Numbered from the stretch's first letter, positions 1 to 9,624 are shown. The stretch: DNA of 64,000 nucleotides from an uncultured Gammaproteobacteria bacterium (GCA_964531275.1 CAZHDZ010000004.1:73887-137886), one strand, 5' to 3'. Program-made: numbers and translations. The notes: generated by a model from the letters alone, not told the origin.

Positions 1-1127
1 TTGTCGATTGCCCTTTTGAGAGGACCCAAGCCTCCTTCTCTCAAACCATCAACTGTTAATTCTGTTCCATTAGCAACTGCCTGACGCGCTTCTTGCTCTA
101 TAGTATCAATTGTCCAATACCCATCTGGTCTTCTCAGCTCATTTAGGCCTAATTTAAATCTCCAATACGCTCTCCCCTTCTCTGATAGCACTGCGTCCAA
201 ACTAGACTCACCAAGTATTGTAAGTTCTTCACGCGTAGGTAAATGGTCTAGTCCTTCACCCTTAATAATTCTTCTTATCTCAAACTCAACATAACTTTCA
301 TCTTGCAAACTCCCCCTGGTACGAATGCGTTGTTCAAAGCCCAATTTCAACTGCCAGGCTTGAAAACCTCCATTTTGTCTAATTGCATTTACCAAGCTTG
401 ATTCACCGTTATCGATTAATTGCTGAGGTGTTGGAAAACTATCTAAGCTATATTTTGCCATGAAACTTCTTATGAGCTGGGCAACATTGGCTTCATTTCT
501 CATTGAACCTCTTTCCCGACGTGGATTTTCAAAACCCATTCTCGTGCGATAATATTGAATAGATTTTGCAGAAATTGCTCTCGACAATTTCCATTCTTTT
601 AGCGCACCTAGGACTTTTTGATTAGGAAATGTAGTTAATCCATGAGCCTCCATAACCCTACGAATGTCCAGCTCAATTTCGGCATCACTTTCAAAACCTT
701 GTCTATTTGGATCCAAAGCTTCACCTTGTGATTGTGTTTGAAATTGACGGGTTTCTGTATTAAAAACTGAGCGAGCAAGGACCACACTCGAATCGTCCTG
801 CTTCTTTACAACTACTGTCAAATTTCCATCTTCATCTAGTGATGGCTCTAGAAGGACAGTATCACCCTCTTTAAAACCTGTACTTCTTAGAGCAATCCGT
901 ACACCACGTTTATTAAATTTACCTACATGAACAATTCGATTACCGTTTAATGTTCTGGTGAAAGGTGTTAGTTGATCTGCCCCAATCTCTCCGCGTAGAT
1001 ACTCAACGATATTACTTTGTCCTGTGAGCAATGCATCTGGTGCACTCTCTTGCAATACTTCTGTGAGTCCCAGTCCTGCATTAAATTGCCCATGCTCTTG
1101 TCCTGGAATTGGTTGTCCTTCACTCAT
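1..1127 (-). CDS. Paralog 1 of a tandem repeat-protein family (N-terminal part only; C-terminus lies beyond the window start). HEAR-like helical repeats.
   Basis: Reverse-strand ORF has no stop before the window edge. It starts MSEGQPIPGQEH at 1127 in an ATGA overlap with the stop of the next gene. The translation contains several ~50-aa repeats (GYWTIDTIEQEARQAV..., WQLKLGFE..., YWRFKLGL...) homologous to the three downstream paralogs. Confidence 0.6.
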   Translation of the reverse strand, partial: MSEGQPIPGQEHGQFNAGLGLTEVLQESAPDALLTGQSNIVEYLRGEIGADQLTPFTRTLNGNRIVHVGKFNKRGVRIALRSTGFKEGDTVLLEPSLDEDGNLTVVVKKQDDSSVVLARSVFNTETRQFQTQSQGEALDPNRQGFESDAEIELDIRRVMEAHGLTTFPNQKVLGALKEWKLSRAISAKSIQYYRTRMGFENPRRERGSMRNEANVAQLIRSFMAKYSLDSFPTPQQLIDNGESSLVNAIRQNGGFQAWQLKLGFEQRIRTRGSLQDESYVEFEIRRIIKGEGLDHLPTREELTILGESSLDAVLSEKGRAYWRFKLGLNELRRPDGYWTIDTIEQEARQAVANGTELTVDGLREGGLGPLKRAID

Positions 1128-2569
1128 GTCTCTTCCTCCAATCCTTTCATTAATTCGTCTGCTTGGTCAGGATTAGCCCCTAGGTCATGCTTTGTTAATC
1201 CTAATTTTTCCCTCAAAGCCTTGCGTCCACCAGGATAATGTTTTGCTATTGCAGCTGAAAGTCCACTATTCTTATTATCTATCATTAAGGTAGGCGTAAT
1301 ATCCCCATGTAGCTGAAAAAACTCAAAAGCTTCTCTTTCTATCCTTTCTGGATTCCATACAGAGGGAATCTCCTCAAGTTTTATTCCCAAAGCGTTCCTC
1401 AACTCGACTATACCTCCAGGATAATATCTTCCAATTACATACAAAAGGTCAGAATTTCCGCTAGCCTCCAATACTCTACCCGTCAATCGAGCTCCCGTAC
1501 TACAATATTCTTCTACTGCCTTCTTAATCTTATCTTCTGTCCAATATCCTTCTGGGTATTGAGAGAGTGCAACTCCCAATCTTTCTTTTAAGGCGTTCAT
1601 ACCTCCGGGATACTGAGCTGAAATTATTGGTCCTAGCTGACTCCCCTTCTCTCTTAGGGCTGGGACCGTTAATGCACCTTCTTTTATATAAAAATCTAGT
1701 GCTTCCTTTTCGATATTCGCGGGGTCTTGCCAATACCCATTTGGTTTTCTTCCTGGACTTATACCTAGTAACGTTTTTACTGCATCCATTCCTCCTTCAT
1801 ATTTTGTAATTGCTGATGAAAGAGAAGATGAGTCATTTTCAGCCAAAAGCTGATGAGAAATATCACCATGCTCTCTATAGAACTCGGCTGCACTCTGCAC
1901 TACCCTTTCCGATGTCCAAAATCCCTTGGGCTTATGTCCTCCCTCAACCAGTCCCAGCTTTTCTCTTAGTGCTCCTGTGGCCCCAGGATAATAAGAACTA
2001 ATTGCTGAGCTTAAATCTGCACGCCCTATTTGTTTTAAATACTCATGATTTATTTTCCCTCCGTTTGCAATGAGATTACGCGCCTCGTTCTCAATTGATT
2101 CAGGCGTCCAAAACCCTAATTCTTTATGCGGAGCATCTATTCCCAACTCTTCTCGTATCTTTTGAATTCCGCCCGGGTAGTGAATAGTTATTGCAGCTCC
2201 CAACCCTGACTGCTTGGCTTTCCCTAAGGCGTACACAGAAAGCTTGCCTGTTTCCTGATAAAATTTGAGCGCTTGCGACCGTATATCACTAAGTGCTTGA
2301 TCGGGATTCTCCCTTATCATTGCTGACCATAACGTTCTTTTTGCCGCTGATGCACCACCGTCTTCTTCCACTACGCCAGGTTCAACAACGGGAGAAAATA
2401 GACCATTCTTCATGTCATGGTCAATTAATGGACTAATCACCGTATCGCTATCCTTCTTTTCAACTAGAGGTTGCTCTGCAACCTGAGCGGTTGGATTTAT
2501 GATAGAGCCTTCAAGTGTAGACTGTTGCAAATTGACTTCTTCTTGCTGAATTGGCTCACCTTCGCTCAT
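1124..2569 (-). CDS. Paralog 2 of the repeat-protein family (481 aa), about eight tandem ~50-aa repeats.
   Basis: Repeat consensus: KPxGYW(T/S)xExIxxEAxxF...G.L....L...G.S.L..AI...YPGG...LRxKLG. C-terminal tail ISPDQADELMKGLEEET. ATGA start/stop overlaps on both sides. Confidence 0.7.
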   Translation of the reverse strand: MSEGEPIQQEEVNLQQSTLEGSIINPTAQVAEQPLVEKKDSDTVISPLIDHDMKNGLFSPVVEPGVVEEDGGASAAKRTLWSAMIRENPDQALSDIRSQALKFYQETGKLSVYALGKAKQSGLGAAITIHYPGGIQKIREELGIDAPHKELGFWTPESIENEARNLIANGGKINHEYLKQIGRADLSSAISSYYPGATGALREKLGLVEGGHKPKGFWTSERVVQSAAEFYREHGDISHQLLAENDSSSLSSAITKYEGGMDAVKTLLGISPGRKPNGYWQDPANIEKEALDFYIKEGALTVPALREKGSQLGPIISAQYPGGMNALKERLGVALSQYPEGYWTEDKIKKAVEEYCSTGARLTGRVLEASGNSDLLYVIGRYYPGGIVELRNALGIKLEEIPSVWNPERIEREAFEFFQLHGDITPTLMIDNKNSGLSAAIAKHYPGGRKALREKLGLTKHDLGANPDQADELMKGLEEET

Positions 2570-3759
2570 ATCTCCTCCTCCAATCCCCTCATTAATTCAT
2601 CTGCTTGGTCTGGGGAGATTTTCCCAAAATTTTCCTCTTCTATGCCAAGATAACTATTTAAAGCTGTAAAACCTCCAGGATAATATTTGGTGATTGCACC
2701 CATAAGACCTCCTGCTCCTTTTTTCAAAAGAAGTCTTCGAGATATTCTTCCATAGGTACCAACAAACTTTTTAGCTTCTTCTAAAGCTTTTTCTGCAGAC
2801 CAATAACCTTCAGGTTGTGCTTGATTAATACCAAATTTTGCCTTGATACCCCTCATCCCACCAGGATATTTTTCTGAAATAGCATGACGCAAATCAAATC
2901 GTTTTTCTTTTGATAAAAGTGATTGGGACAAGCCTCCATTTGACATAATAAATTCGGACGCTTGCTTTTCAATTTCCTCCACTGTCCATGGAATTTCTCT
3001 TCCGAAAGTCTGAGATCCAAATCTCTGCCTCCACTTAGAATAACCCCCATTCCTAATAATAGCTGCACTCAATGATGCTTCACCCATAGAGTGCAATTGT
3101 TCAGCGCTGGGAATCTCTGACAAATGATGCTCTTCAATTAGTCTTAATATTTCTAATTCAATGTTACTTTCATTATTCCAATACCCACTTTCCTTCTTTT
3201 CGGGCAGTCTTTCAAAACCCAGTCTTTCTCTCCAATAATTAAATCCTCCATTTCTGGTTACAGCAGATACGAGAGTACTGGAACCAGAGCTCACTATTTC
3301 TAAGGCTGATGGAAAATGCCCAATTTTTTCGACTATCTTTCTTAATTCTCCATCGATATTTTGTGTGTCTGTCCAATAATCAGGCGGTTTTTGGGTAATA
3401 GTAAATCCCAACTGCTGTCGCCATTCTCTAAATCCACCAGACTCAGTCACTGCATGTGCAAGAGAGTTCTTGCCCATTCCCCTCAACTCCATTGGTGTTG
3501 GGAAATGGCCAACAGAATCAATAATACTTCTTAATTCCCTTTCGATATTCGAGTTTTCCTTCCAATACCCTTGGGCCATTCTTTCAGAAGGCTGAATGTC
3601 ATCCACAACTGGTAGATCTTGCACCAACGATGGTTCTTGAACTGTTATTGTCTGGTCAATTAATATTGGTCCTTCTGCCAAGTCGGGTAACGAGACAATG
3701 GTATCTCCCGTAAATTCATTTTCTAAGTTTGAAACTATTACCCTATCTTGCTCACTCAT
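2566..3759 (-). CDS. Paralog 3 of the repeat-protein family (397 aa).
   Basis: Same GYW...E.NIE.E and YPGG...G repeat architecture. Conserved tail SPDQADELMRGLEEEI. Starts MSEQD. Translationally coupled by ATGA overlaps. Confidence 0.7.
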   Translation of the reverse strand: MSEQDRVIVSNLENEFTGDTIVSLPDLAEGPILIDQTITVQEPSLVQDLPVVDDIQPSERMAQGYWKENSNIERELRSIIDSVGHFPTPMELRGMGKNSLAHAVTESGGFREWRQQLGFTITQKPPDYWTDTQNIDGELRKIVEKIGHFPSALEIVSSGSSTLVSAVTRNGGFNYWRERLGFERLPEKKESGYWNNESNIELEILRLIEEHHLSEIPSAEQLHSMGEASLSAAIIRNGGYSKWRQRFGSQTFGREIPWTVEEIEKQASEFIMSNGGLSQSLLSKEKRFDLRHAISEKYPGGMRGIKAKFGINQAQPEGYWSAEKALEEAKKFVGTYGRISRRLLLKKGAGGLMGAITKYYPGGFTALNSYLGIEEENFGKISPDQADELMRGLEEEI

Positions 3760-4958
3760 ATCTCTTCCTCCAATCCTTGCAAAAATGTGTCTGCCTGATC
3801 AGGGGAAATAGTTAATTCAGCCTCTTTGCTCAATTTTTCTTTTAATGCCTCATATCCTCCTGGATATCCATTACCAATAAAATAAGCAAGACTACCTAAA
3901 CCTGATCTCACGAGCTCTCCTCTAGTTAGATGTACTCCCTTATCCAGTGCAGCCCGCGCTTCATTCTCAATATTAGATACGTCACTCCAATAACCATTTG
4001 CTTTTCTTACAGTTAAACCTAATTTTTCCCTTAAACCACTGTATCCTGCTGGATACTCCCGTTTGATTGCAGCCGCAAGAGCAGTGTAACCCTCCCTATG
4101 TAATGCGTCTTTTTTTATATCAATCCCTTTTTCTAATGCAGCGCGCGCTTCATTCTCAATAATTCCAGGATTCTGCCAATATCCAGGGGCTCTTTGCCTT
4201 GATGGTTGGTTAAACTTCCCTCTCCAAAAGGCTACTCCTTGATTTGCCATCGCCAGACCAAGGCTGGCATTTTTTCTGAGTTCAGTGTGAGTTGGAAAAT
4301 GGCCATATTCTTCAATGTGCCTTTTCAACTCATTTTCAATATTACTTTCATGGGTCCAGAATCCAGGGGGTTTACGTCCTCCAAATTCTGTACCTAAATA
4401 TTTTCTTAAAGCATACATTCCACCTGGGTACTTTTTGGAAATTGCTTGTAACAAATCGTCTCTTTTTAAGCTTCTTAGATTTGTTGCATTAAATACTTCC
4501 ATCCCGCCAACCAATGACATTGCCTCAGCTTCGATATTTTTGGGATCATCCCAATATCCTGCCGGCTTATTTTCTCTAGTTCTATCATCTTGCATATCCC
4601 TCCTTAATCCCGCAAAGCTTCCGGGATAATATTTTGAAATAACAGTTCCCAGCCCTGAATTGCCACTTATATTTAGTCCGTCTTGTGTTAAAGAAATACC
4701 TTCACTTACTAGCACCGAACTTCGTTGTTGTACATATAGCTTCAAAGTCTCAGGGGCTTCTGCTAATTTTTTCCAATCAATATAACCACGCGATTCTATT
4801 GGTGGAATAATTTCGGAAATTGGACTTTGACCTAAGGGTTGTTGAACTACAAATTCACCCTCCTTTTCAAGATTAGGGTTTTCTTTAATATCCAGAGATG
4901 ACCCTTCAAGAATCTGAGTGTCAGGAACTTGATTTATATTTACTTCTCCCTCGCTCAT
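3756..4958 (-). CDS. Paralog 4 of the repeat-protein family (400 aa).
   Basis: Starts MSEGEV. Repeats include GYWDDPKNIEAEA, GFWTHESNIENE, GYWQNPGIIENEA and GYWSDVSNIENEA. Tail ISPDQADTFLQGLEEEI. Confidence 0.7.
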   Translation of the reverse strand: MSEGEVNINQVPDTQILEGSSLDIKENPNLEKEGEFVVQQPLGQSPISEIIPPIESRGYIDWKKLAEAPETLKLYVQQRSSVLVSEGISLTQDGLNISGNSGLGTVISKYYPGSFAGLRRDMQDDRTRENKPAGYWDDPKNIEAEAMSLVGGMEVFNATNLRSLKRDDLLQAISKKYPGGMYALRKYLGTEFGGRKPPGFWTHESNIENELKRHIEEYGHFPTHTELRKNASLGLAMANQGVAFWRGKFNQPSRQRAPGYWQNPGIIENEARAALEKGIDIKKDALHREGYTALAAAIKREYPAGYSGLREKLGLTVRKANGYWSDVSNIENEARAALDKGVHLTRGELVRSGLGSLAYFIGNGYPGGYEALKEKLSKEAELTISPDQADTFLQGLEEEI

Positions 4959-4978
4959 GAAGTTATTATATAAAGATT

Positions 4979-6250
4979 TTACTCTATCTCGTAGATTGGG
5001 AAGTTGCGGAAAGAATCAATCGCTTCTTGTAAATGTCTCTCTGTCTGCGCATACATATCAAATATATTCTCATTATTTTTTACCTCATCATCAACTCTTT
5101 TTTTCAAAAATAAGCCGGCCCTAGCATCCTGAGGAGCCCCTAATATCTTTGCGATTAATGAGACGTTTCTATTATTCACTCTCTTTATTACACCGGATTT
5201 ATTGGATTTCACCTCGTGTGTTTTTGGTCCAGCATGAAGTTTTGAAGAAATAATAGTAGGGTCACCCTTTTGAGCCTCGATTATATCCATCATTTTCTTA
5301 TGAGCAACCCCGCTTATTAATATACTTTCTGCCCATTTCTCAGTGCTCTCGTATTTTTTAGCCTCTTCTTTGATCTTTTCATCAGCACTTTCAAGACATA
5401 AAGTCAAAAGTTCACCAGCAAGTTTTAGAGATTTTTTCTCCAGTGCCATAGGTCTCGTAGGATCCTGCTCAAGCACTTTAAGTGCATCGGCAGCTTCTAA
5501 AAGTGGTCCAATACCATTTCCTGCAGGCTCATATGCATGAGACAGAATTGCCTCAAGTTTTATATTGAATTTTTTGGCAATGAATTTAAATTTCTTGGCT
5601 AAATTCTCGCCGTCTTCCTTGTGGTGTACTTTCATGGTACGGCCATAAGGGATATCAATTACAACGTGATTGGAGCCAAATGCTATCTTTTTCGCCATAA
5701 CAGACACCAAAATCTTGTCAAAACTCTCAAGCGCCAAGGGTTCTTCAACATGTATTATCTGGTCATCAGCAGGTGCAATTTTAAAGCTTCCTCCCCATAC
5801 AATACAGGCATTTGTCTTTTCAACAATTCTATATATGTCATCCTCAGTAAAAGTAACGCTGGCAAGACATTCCATCGAATCCGCAGTACCAGCAGGGGTA
5901 GTGATGGCCCTAGAAGAGCTTTTAGGAATCAAAAATCCTGCACTTGCAATAATTGGCACAATTATCATGGTGGCTCTGGTCCCAGGAAGACCACCGATAG
6001 AATGTTTGTCGGCAACAACCCCTTTAAATTTAAGCTTGTCACCCGTCTCAATCATTGCCTTGGTGAGATAGTAAATCTCATCATAGGTAAAGCCCTTAGA
6101 GTATCCTGAAGCAGCAAAATAGGTAGTTAAGACATCACCCAATCGTTCATTTGCAATCTCATCCATGATCGCAAAAATCTCCTTATAGTTAAGCTCTTTG
6201 CCAACTAATTTTTTTTGTATTGCCTTTAGCGCCAGCGCATTGGGTACCAT
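4979..6250 (-). CDS. AMP phosphorylase / thymidine phosphorylase family protein (archaeal-type nucleoside phosphorylase).
   Basis: 423 aa. Motifs DKHSIGGLPGTRATMIIVPIIASAG and TTPAGTADSMECLA are typical of the pyrimidine-nucleoside / AMP phosphorylase family. Confidence 0.75.
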   Translation of the reverse strand: MVPNALALKAIQKKLVGKELNYKEIFAIMDEIANERLGDVLTTYFAASGYSKGFTYDEIYYLTKAMIETGDKLKFKGVVADKHSIGGLPGTRATMIIVPIIASAGFLIPKSSSRAITTPAGTADSMECLASVTFTEDDIYRIVEKTNACIVWGGSFKIAPADDQIIHVEEPLALESFDKILVSVMAKKIAFGSNHVVIDIPYGRTMKVHHKEDGENLAKKFKFIAKKFNIKLEAILSHAYEPAGNGIGPLLEAADALKVLEQDPTRPMALEKKSLKLAGELLTLCLESADEKIKEEAKKYESTEKWAESILISGVAHKKMMDIIEAQKGDPTIISSKLHAGPKTHEVKSNKSGVIKRVNNRNVSLIAKILGAPQDARAGLFLKKRVDDEVKNNENIFDMYAQTERHLQEAIDSFRNFPIYEIE

Positions 6251-6257
6251 AAATAAT

Positions 6258-6327
6258 AATTTTCAATTTCTAAATTCCAATTTTCAAGTTAGTTTGATCA
6301 ATTGGTATTTGATCATTGGCCATTAAC
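6258..6327. repeat. Copy A of a ~70-bp intergenic direct repeat (contains TAAATTCCAATTTTCAA).
   Basis: Aligns with 6558..6632 at about 80% identity. The core TCTAAATTCCAATTTTCAA is identical and recurs exactly 300 bp downstream. Confidence 0.6.
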
Positions 6328-6557
6328 AATTTATGCACCTGGCTTAAATTGTTCCAGGGCTACTTTTAAGAATCCTTTTATAACCCTTAATAGATGATAC
6401 AGGAAAAAAGATATAACTCTATTCACAGATGGCCAAATATTATAAAAAAATCTGTATATTCTGTCTTTCCATAAGGAAAGAGTATAGGCACGTTGCATTT
6501 GCTGATCTTCTGTTGAGGGCGTGTATTGCTGTTGATTGTTTGGATCCATACTTTGTT

Positions 6558-6632
6558 AATTCTCAAATTCTAAATTCCAATTTTCAAACTTTTTGGTTAT
6601 TGGTTTTTGATTATTGGTCATTGTTCTGCTGT
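6558..6632. repeat. Copy B of the ~70-bp direct repeat. Overlaps the 3' end of the sortase gene.
   Basis: Same core motif as 6258..6327. The pair flanks a 230-bp segment. Confidence 0.6.
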
Positions 6633-7375
6633 AGGCTCGCTCGAATAACAAGCCTTTTCCAAGTGGTGCCGGGAGGGGTACAGGTTATGAGGGTTATATA
6701 GCTATTGTCATAACTTTGGGAGAAGATATTTGGATCTTTTGGATCCGTAATCCCAATAGAAAATACTTTATAAGTATAGTCTTTACCATTAACAGTCAGA
6801 ACAAAGTCATCTCCTTCTTTTAACGTATGGAGTTTTGCAAAAATTGCCATGTAATTTTTAGGGTCAAACCATTGGGGAAGAGTTGAATGGCCAAATATTA
6901 CTGACGTTCCCTTTTCGATGGGACTTTTTGAAGTGGTAAAATACTGCACCAAATGCTTTGAAAGATCAAAATCGATAGCCGAAACTTTTGCCTTGTTAAT
7001 TCCTTGGGAAGGAATTGAGAATTCATACTCATCGACTTTCTTTACCTCAGCTTGAGTCTGTGCATGAACAACTTCTTGATTTGCTTGATACGGGAACCAA
7101 TTTCTTGCATCTTTATAGTCTGAAGTGACATTCTTAAATCCATGGCTAACAAGCCCTCCTAATGGACTAGAACCATTTAGGACATATCTCTGAGGTATAG
7201 GCGACTGAATCTCGCTCCCCGCAAAGGCTGATGAAAGATAGAGGTGATATGAGATCAATGGAAAGAAGAAGTAAAGGAGTGTTACTATTCCAAGACCGAT
7301 AATAAATAGCCCAAGTAACTTTTTCTTGTTGTGATAAAAAGAAGACCCACCTCTTCCATATGAATATCTATGCAT
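6611..7375 (-). CDS. Sortase-family transpeptidase.
   Basis: N-terminal TM helix, a conserved His region, and the sortase active-site motif ITLITCTPPGT followed by a conserved Arg (VIRA). Confidence 0.65.
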   Translation of the reverse strand: MHRYSYGRGGSSFYHNKKKLLGLFIIGLGIVTLLYFFFPLISYHLYLSSAFAGSEIQSPIPQRYVLNGSSPLGGLVSHGFKNVTSDYKDARNWFPYQANQEVVHAQTQAEVKKVDEYEFSIPSQGINKAKVSAIDFDLSKHLVQYFTTSKSPIEKGTSVIFGHSTLPQWFDPKNYMAIFAKLHTLKEGDDFVLTVNGKDYTYKVFSIGITDPKDPNIFSQSYDNSYITLITCTPPGTTWKRLVIRASLQQNNDQ

Positions 7376-7377
7376 GG

Positions 7378-9624
7378 TTATTGCGTCTTAACCTCAATAC
7401 TAATATTTCCTGGATTTAGAGGCACAATTTGAGGCAAAAATGGAATAGCATTTTCAAATTGAATTGACGCATCTGAAATACCGGGAGTTTGCTTTAGACT
7501 ATCAAGGGCTTCTTTTGATCCTTTCCCCGCAACAATTTTAGGCACTGATTTTTCATCAAGTGATGGCTTGAAAATAGCGTTATACGAAAGTTTTGCTGAG
7601 AGATCTTTTCCGTCTTGCTTGATATCTGAGATTTTAATTGTACTTTCATTATCTGAAAGCTTAAATTCATCGGGTACATCAAATTCATCCGATGAAGAAA
7701 TGAAATTGAGAAGCTCTTCCTTGTTGTAGACTCCCAATGTATATGTTACTGAAGCATTTAACTTCAATGTCTTTGCAGTATCATTCTCTTTTCTGTCAAA
7801 TTTTTTCTCCTTAAAGTCAAAGGAAAGATACATTGGGACCATTGCGTCTTTCTCAGACAAAGATCCTTCTGCTTCTCCTTTTGCTTTATCAAAAAGTCTT
7901 TCAATAACTGATGTTTCAAGTGTCTGCAAGTCTTTCTTAGAAACTACCTGTATCTCTTCCTTTGTTCCGCCTGAGAATGCAGAATCATTTCTTCCGAAAA
8001 CATCAGAAGTAGAAAGGCCCTTTATTGTAAAGTTTGTTTGGGATGGAAGGTTATACTCTTTACCAAAACTCGAAGCTGCAACTTTTGCCTGAGCGCTTTG
8101 GAAAGATGTCGCAAAAGAGCTGGTCGAGGCAATACTAACCGCATCGTTAAGAGTAAATTCAAGATTGTTTGAGGAAGTAATAGTCGATCCTTTTTCTAGT
8201 TGCTTGGGGCTTTCTGTCTTGTTAAAAATGGTTACTGTACCAGTCGCTTTTTGACCGGTATCTTTCTTGCCTGTGGTTTCTTGGGCCTGCTCTCCGCTTG
8301 CCTCTTGCTCTATTGTAGAAATCTTAAGTATTTTATCCTCAAAAGATGAACTACCGCTTGTACTTAATGTTATATCCATCTGATCTTGAGCAAATTCTTT
8401 TTGATCCGTAAATACAATTACCTTCACCTTTACAATTGCTGTGTAATAAATCACAAGAACAACTATCACGACAATAAGCGCAATCAAAGGAATTATAAAT
8501 TGTCTTCCACTACCGATCATTTTTGGGAAGCGAGATAGTGATCTTGGAGTAAAAAAAGAAGCCAATGACTCCTTAAAACCTCTTCGTGCACTACTATGGC
8601 CTTCTACTTCTTCGGGGATGTCCTCCTCATATTCACTTTCAGCAACCTCAGTTTGCTCAATACCATGATGCTTTATAACTGCATGTGAAGTATTATCTTC
8701 ACTAAATTTAAAGCCATCTTCCTCAGGGGTAGTTGGCGACACCTCAGATACTACTTGAGAAGCAACTAGAGCAATGTCTTCGTCTTTCAAAAATCCGAAA
8801 TCATTACTACTCGATTCTTTTACCTCCCCTACTTCTATGTCTTCTTCTCTTGAAGGCGTGACCATTTCACCACTTATCGTTACGTTGAGTTGAGATGCTA
8901 CTCCCGTTATTATTGCTTGATTTTCAAATCCCTTCTCAAGAATAGTCACCTGAGGCAAGTGCATAAATGGAAGTTCTTTCGTCCAGTGATGTGACAGGAA
9001 TTTCTGAGAAACTGCCTCAGCCTCCTTATTGTGAAGAAGAATTATCTTTGGGGGAAGTACATCAAGCTTTGTTACTTGGGAAAGCAATTTTTCAACGGTA
9101 GCCTCAACACCATCCTCTACAATTCCGTGCTTAACATCAATGATATTCCCCCCTCTTACGATAAATACTGTTAAATACTTCTCCGAAAGTTCAACAAAAA
9201 TACCACTGATTGGAGCTCCTTCTTTCTTTTGCAATGCGGCTGTTATTGCCTCAATTGAGACGATAAAACCCATAGGGGTAAGTGCTAGTTCTTGGCTTAT
9301 TTTTTTAAGTTGCGTCAGTCTTTCGGACTTGATTCTTCCTTCCTCAACCCATGAGTAAGGAACTGCAAATATAGTCTTTTCTAAATTCGCACCCTCTGGA
9401 AGGCTCATCTCAATACGCGAAATGACTGTATCACATACAACAATAAGATCTTCTGCAGATGATTGTTCAAGATCTACTGGTGCTTCATGAGAGGAAAGGA
9501 TAATGAGAGTTTTTTCTTGTTCTTTAAAAAGGATAGAGGAAACCTTATCCGACTCAAAAATTAGAGCCAGAAAAAATTCAGTAGTAACAGTCTTTGTTAA
9601 GAATGGTATGGCAGGAAACTTCAT
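7378..9624 (-). CDS. Large hypothetical membrane protein (748 aa): N-terminal cytoplasmic domain, single TM, Ser/Thr-rich extracellular region.
   Basis: Long ORF with one strong hydrophobic helix (FIIPLIALIVVIVVLVIYY) and no recognisable catalytic motif. Abuts the sortase gene. Confidence 0.45.
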   Translation of the reverse strand: MKFPAIPFLTKTVTTEFFLALIFESDKVSSILFKEQEKTLIILSSHEAPVDLEQSSAEDLIVVCDTVISRIEMSLPEGANLEKTIFAVPYSWVEEGRIKSERLTQLKKISQELALTPMGFIVSIEAITAALQKKEGAPISGIFVELSEKYLTVFIVRGGNIIDVKHGIVEDGVEATVEKLLSQVTKLDVLPPKIILLHNKEAEAVSQKFLSHHWTKELPFMHLPQVTILEKGFENQAIITGVASQLNVTISGEMVTPSREEDIEVGEVKESSSNDFGFLKDEDIALVASQVVSEVSPTTPEEDGFKFSEDNTSHAVIKHHGIEQTEVAESEYEEDIPEEVEGHSSARRGFKESLASFFTPRSLSRFPKMIGSGRQFIIPLIALIVVIVVLVIYYTAIVKVKVIVFTDQKEFAQDQMDITLSTSGSSSFEDKILKISTIEQEASGEQAQETTGKKDTGQKATGTVTIFNKTESPKQLEKGSTITSSNNLEFTLNDAVSIASTSSFATSFQSAQAKVAASSFGKEYNLPSQTNFTIKGLSTSDVFGRNDSAFSGGTKEEIQVVSKKDLQTLETSVIERLFDKAKGEAEGSLSEKDAMVPMYLSFDFKEKKFDRKENDTAKTLKLNASVTYTLGVYNKEELLNFISSSDEFDVPDEFKLSDNESTIKISDIKQDGKDLSAKLSYNAIFKPSLDEKSVPKIVAGKGSKEALDSLKQTPGISDASIQFENAIPFLPQIVPLNPGNISIEVKTQ

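Noticed and set aside
1017-1238. Numerous 60-160-aa ORFs on the strand opposite to long, well-supported genes (e.g. 1017..1238, 5621..6109, 14311..14856, 20293..21261, 51952..52374).
   Set aside because: They are fully embedded antisense to genes with clear homology and lack RBS or start context. Treated as spurious.
6331-6549. 72-aa minus-strand ORF between the two 70-bp direct repeats.
   Set aside because: No homology and no convincing RBS. The region is more plausibly regulatory or repeat-associated. Not enough evidence for a gene.
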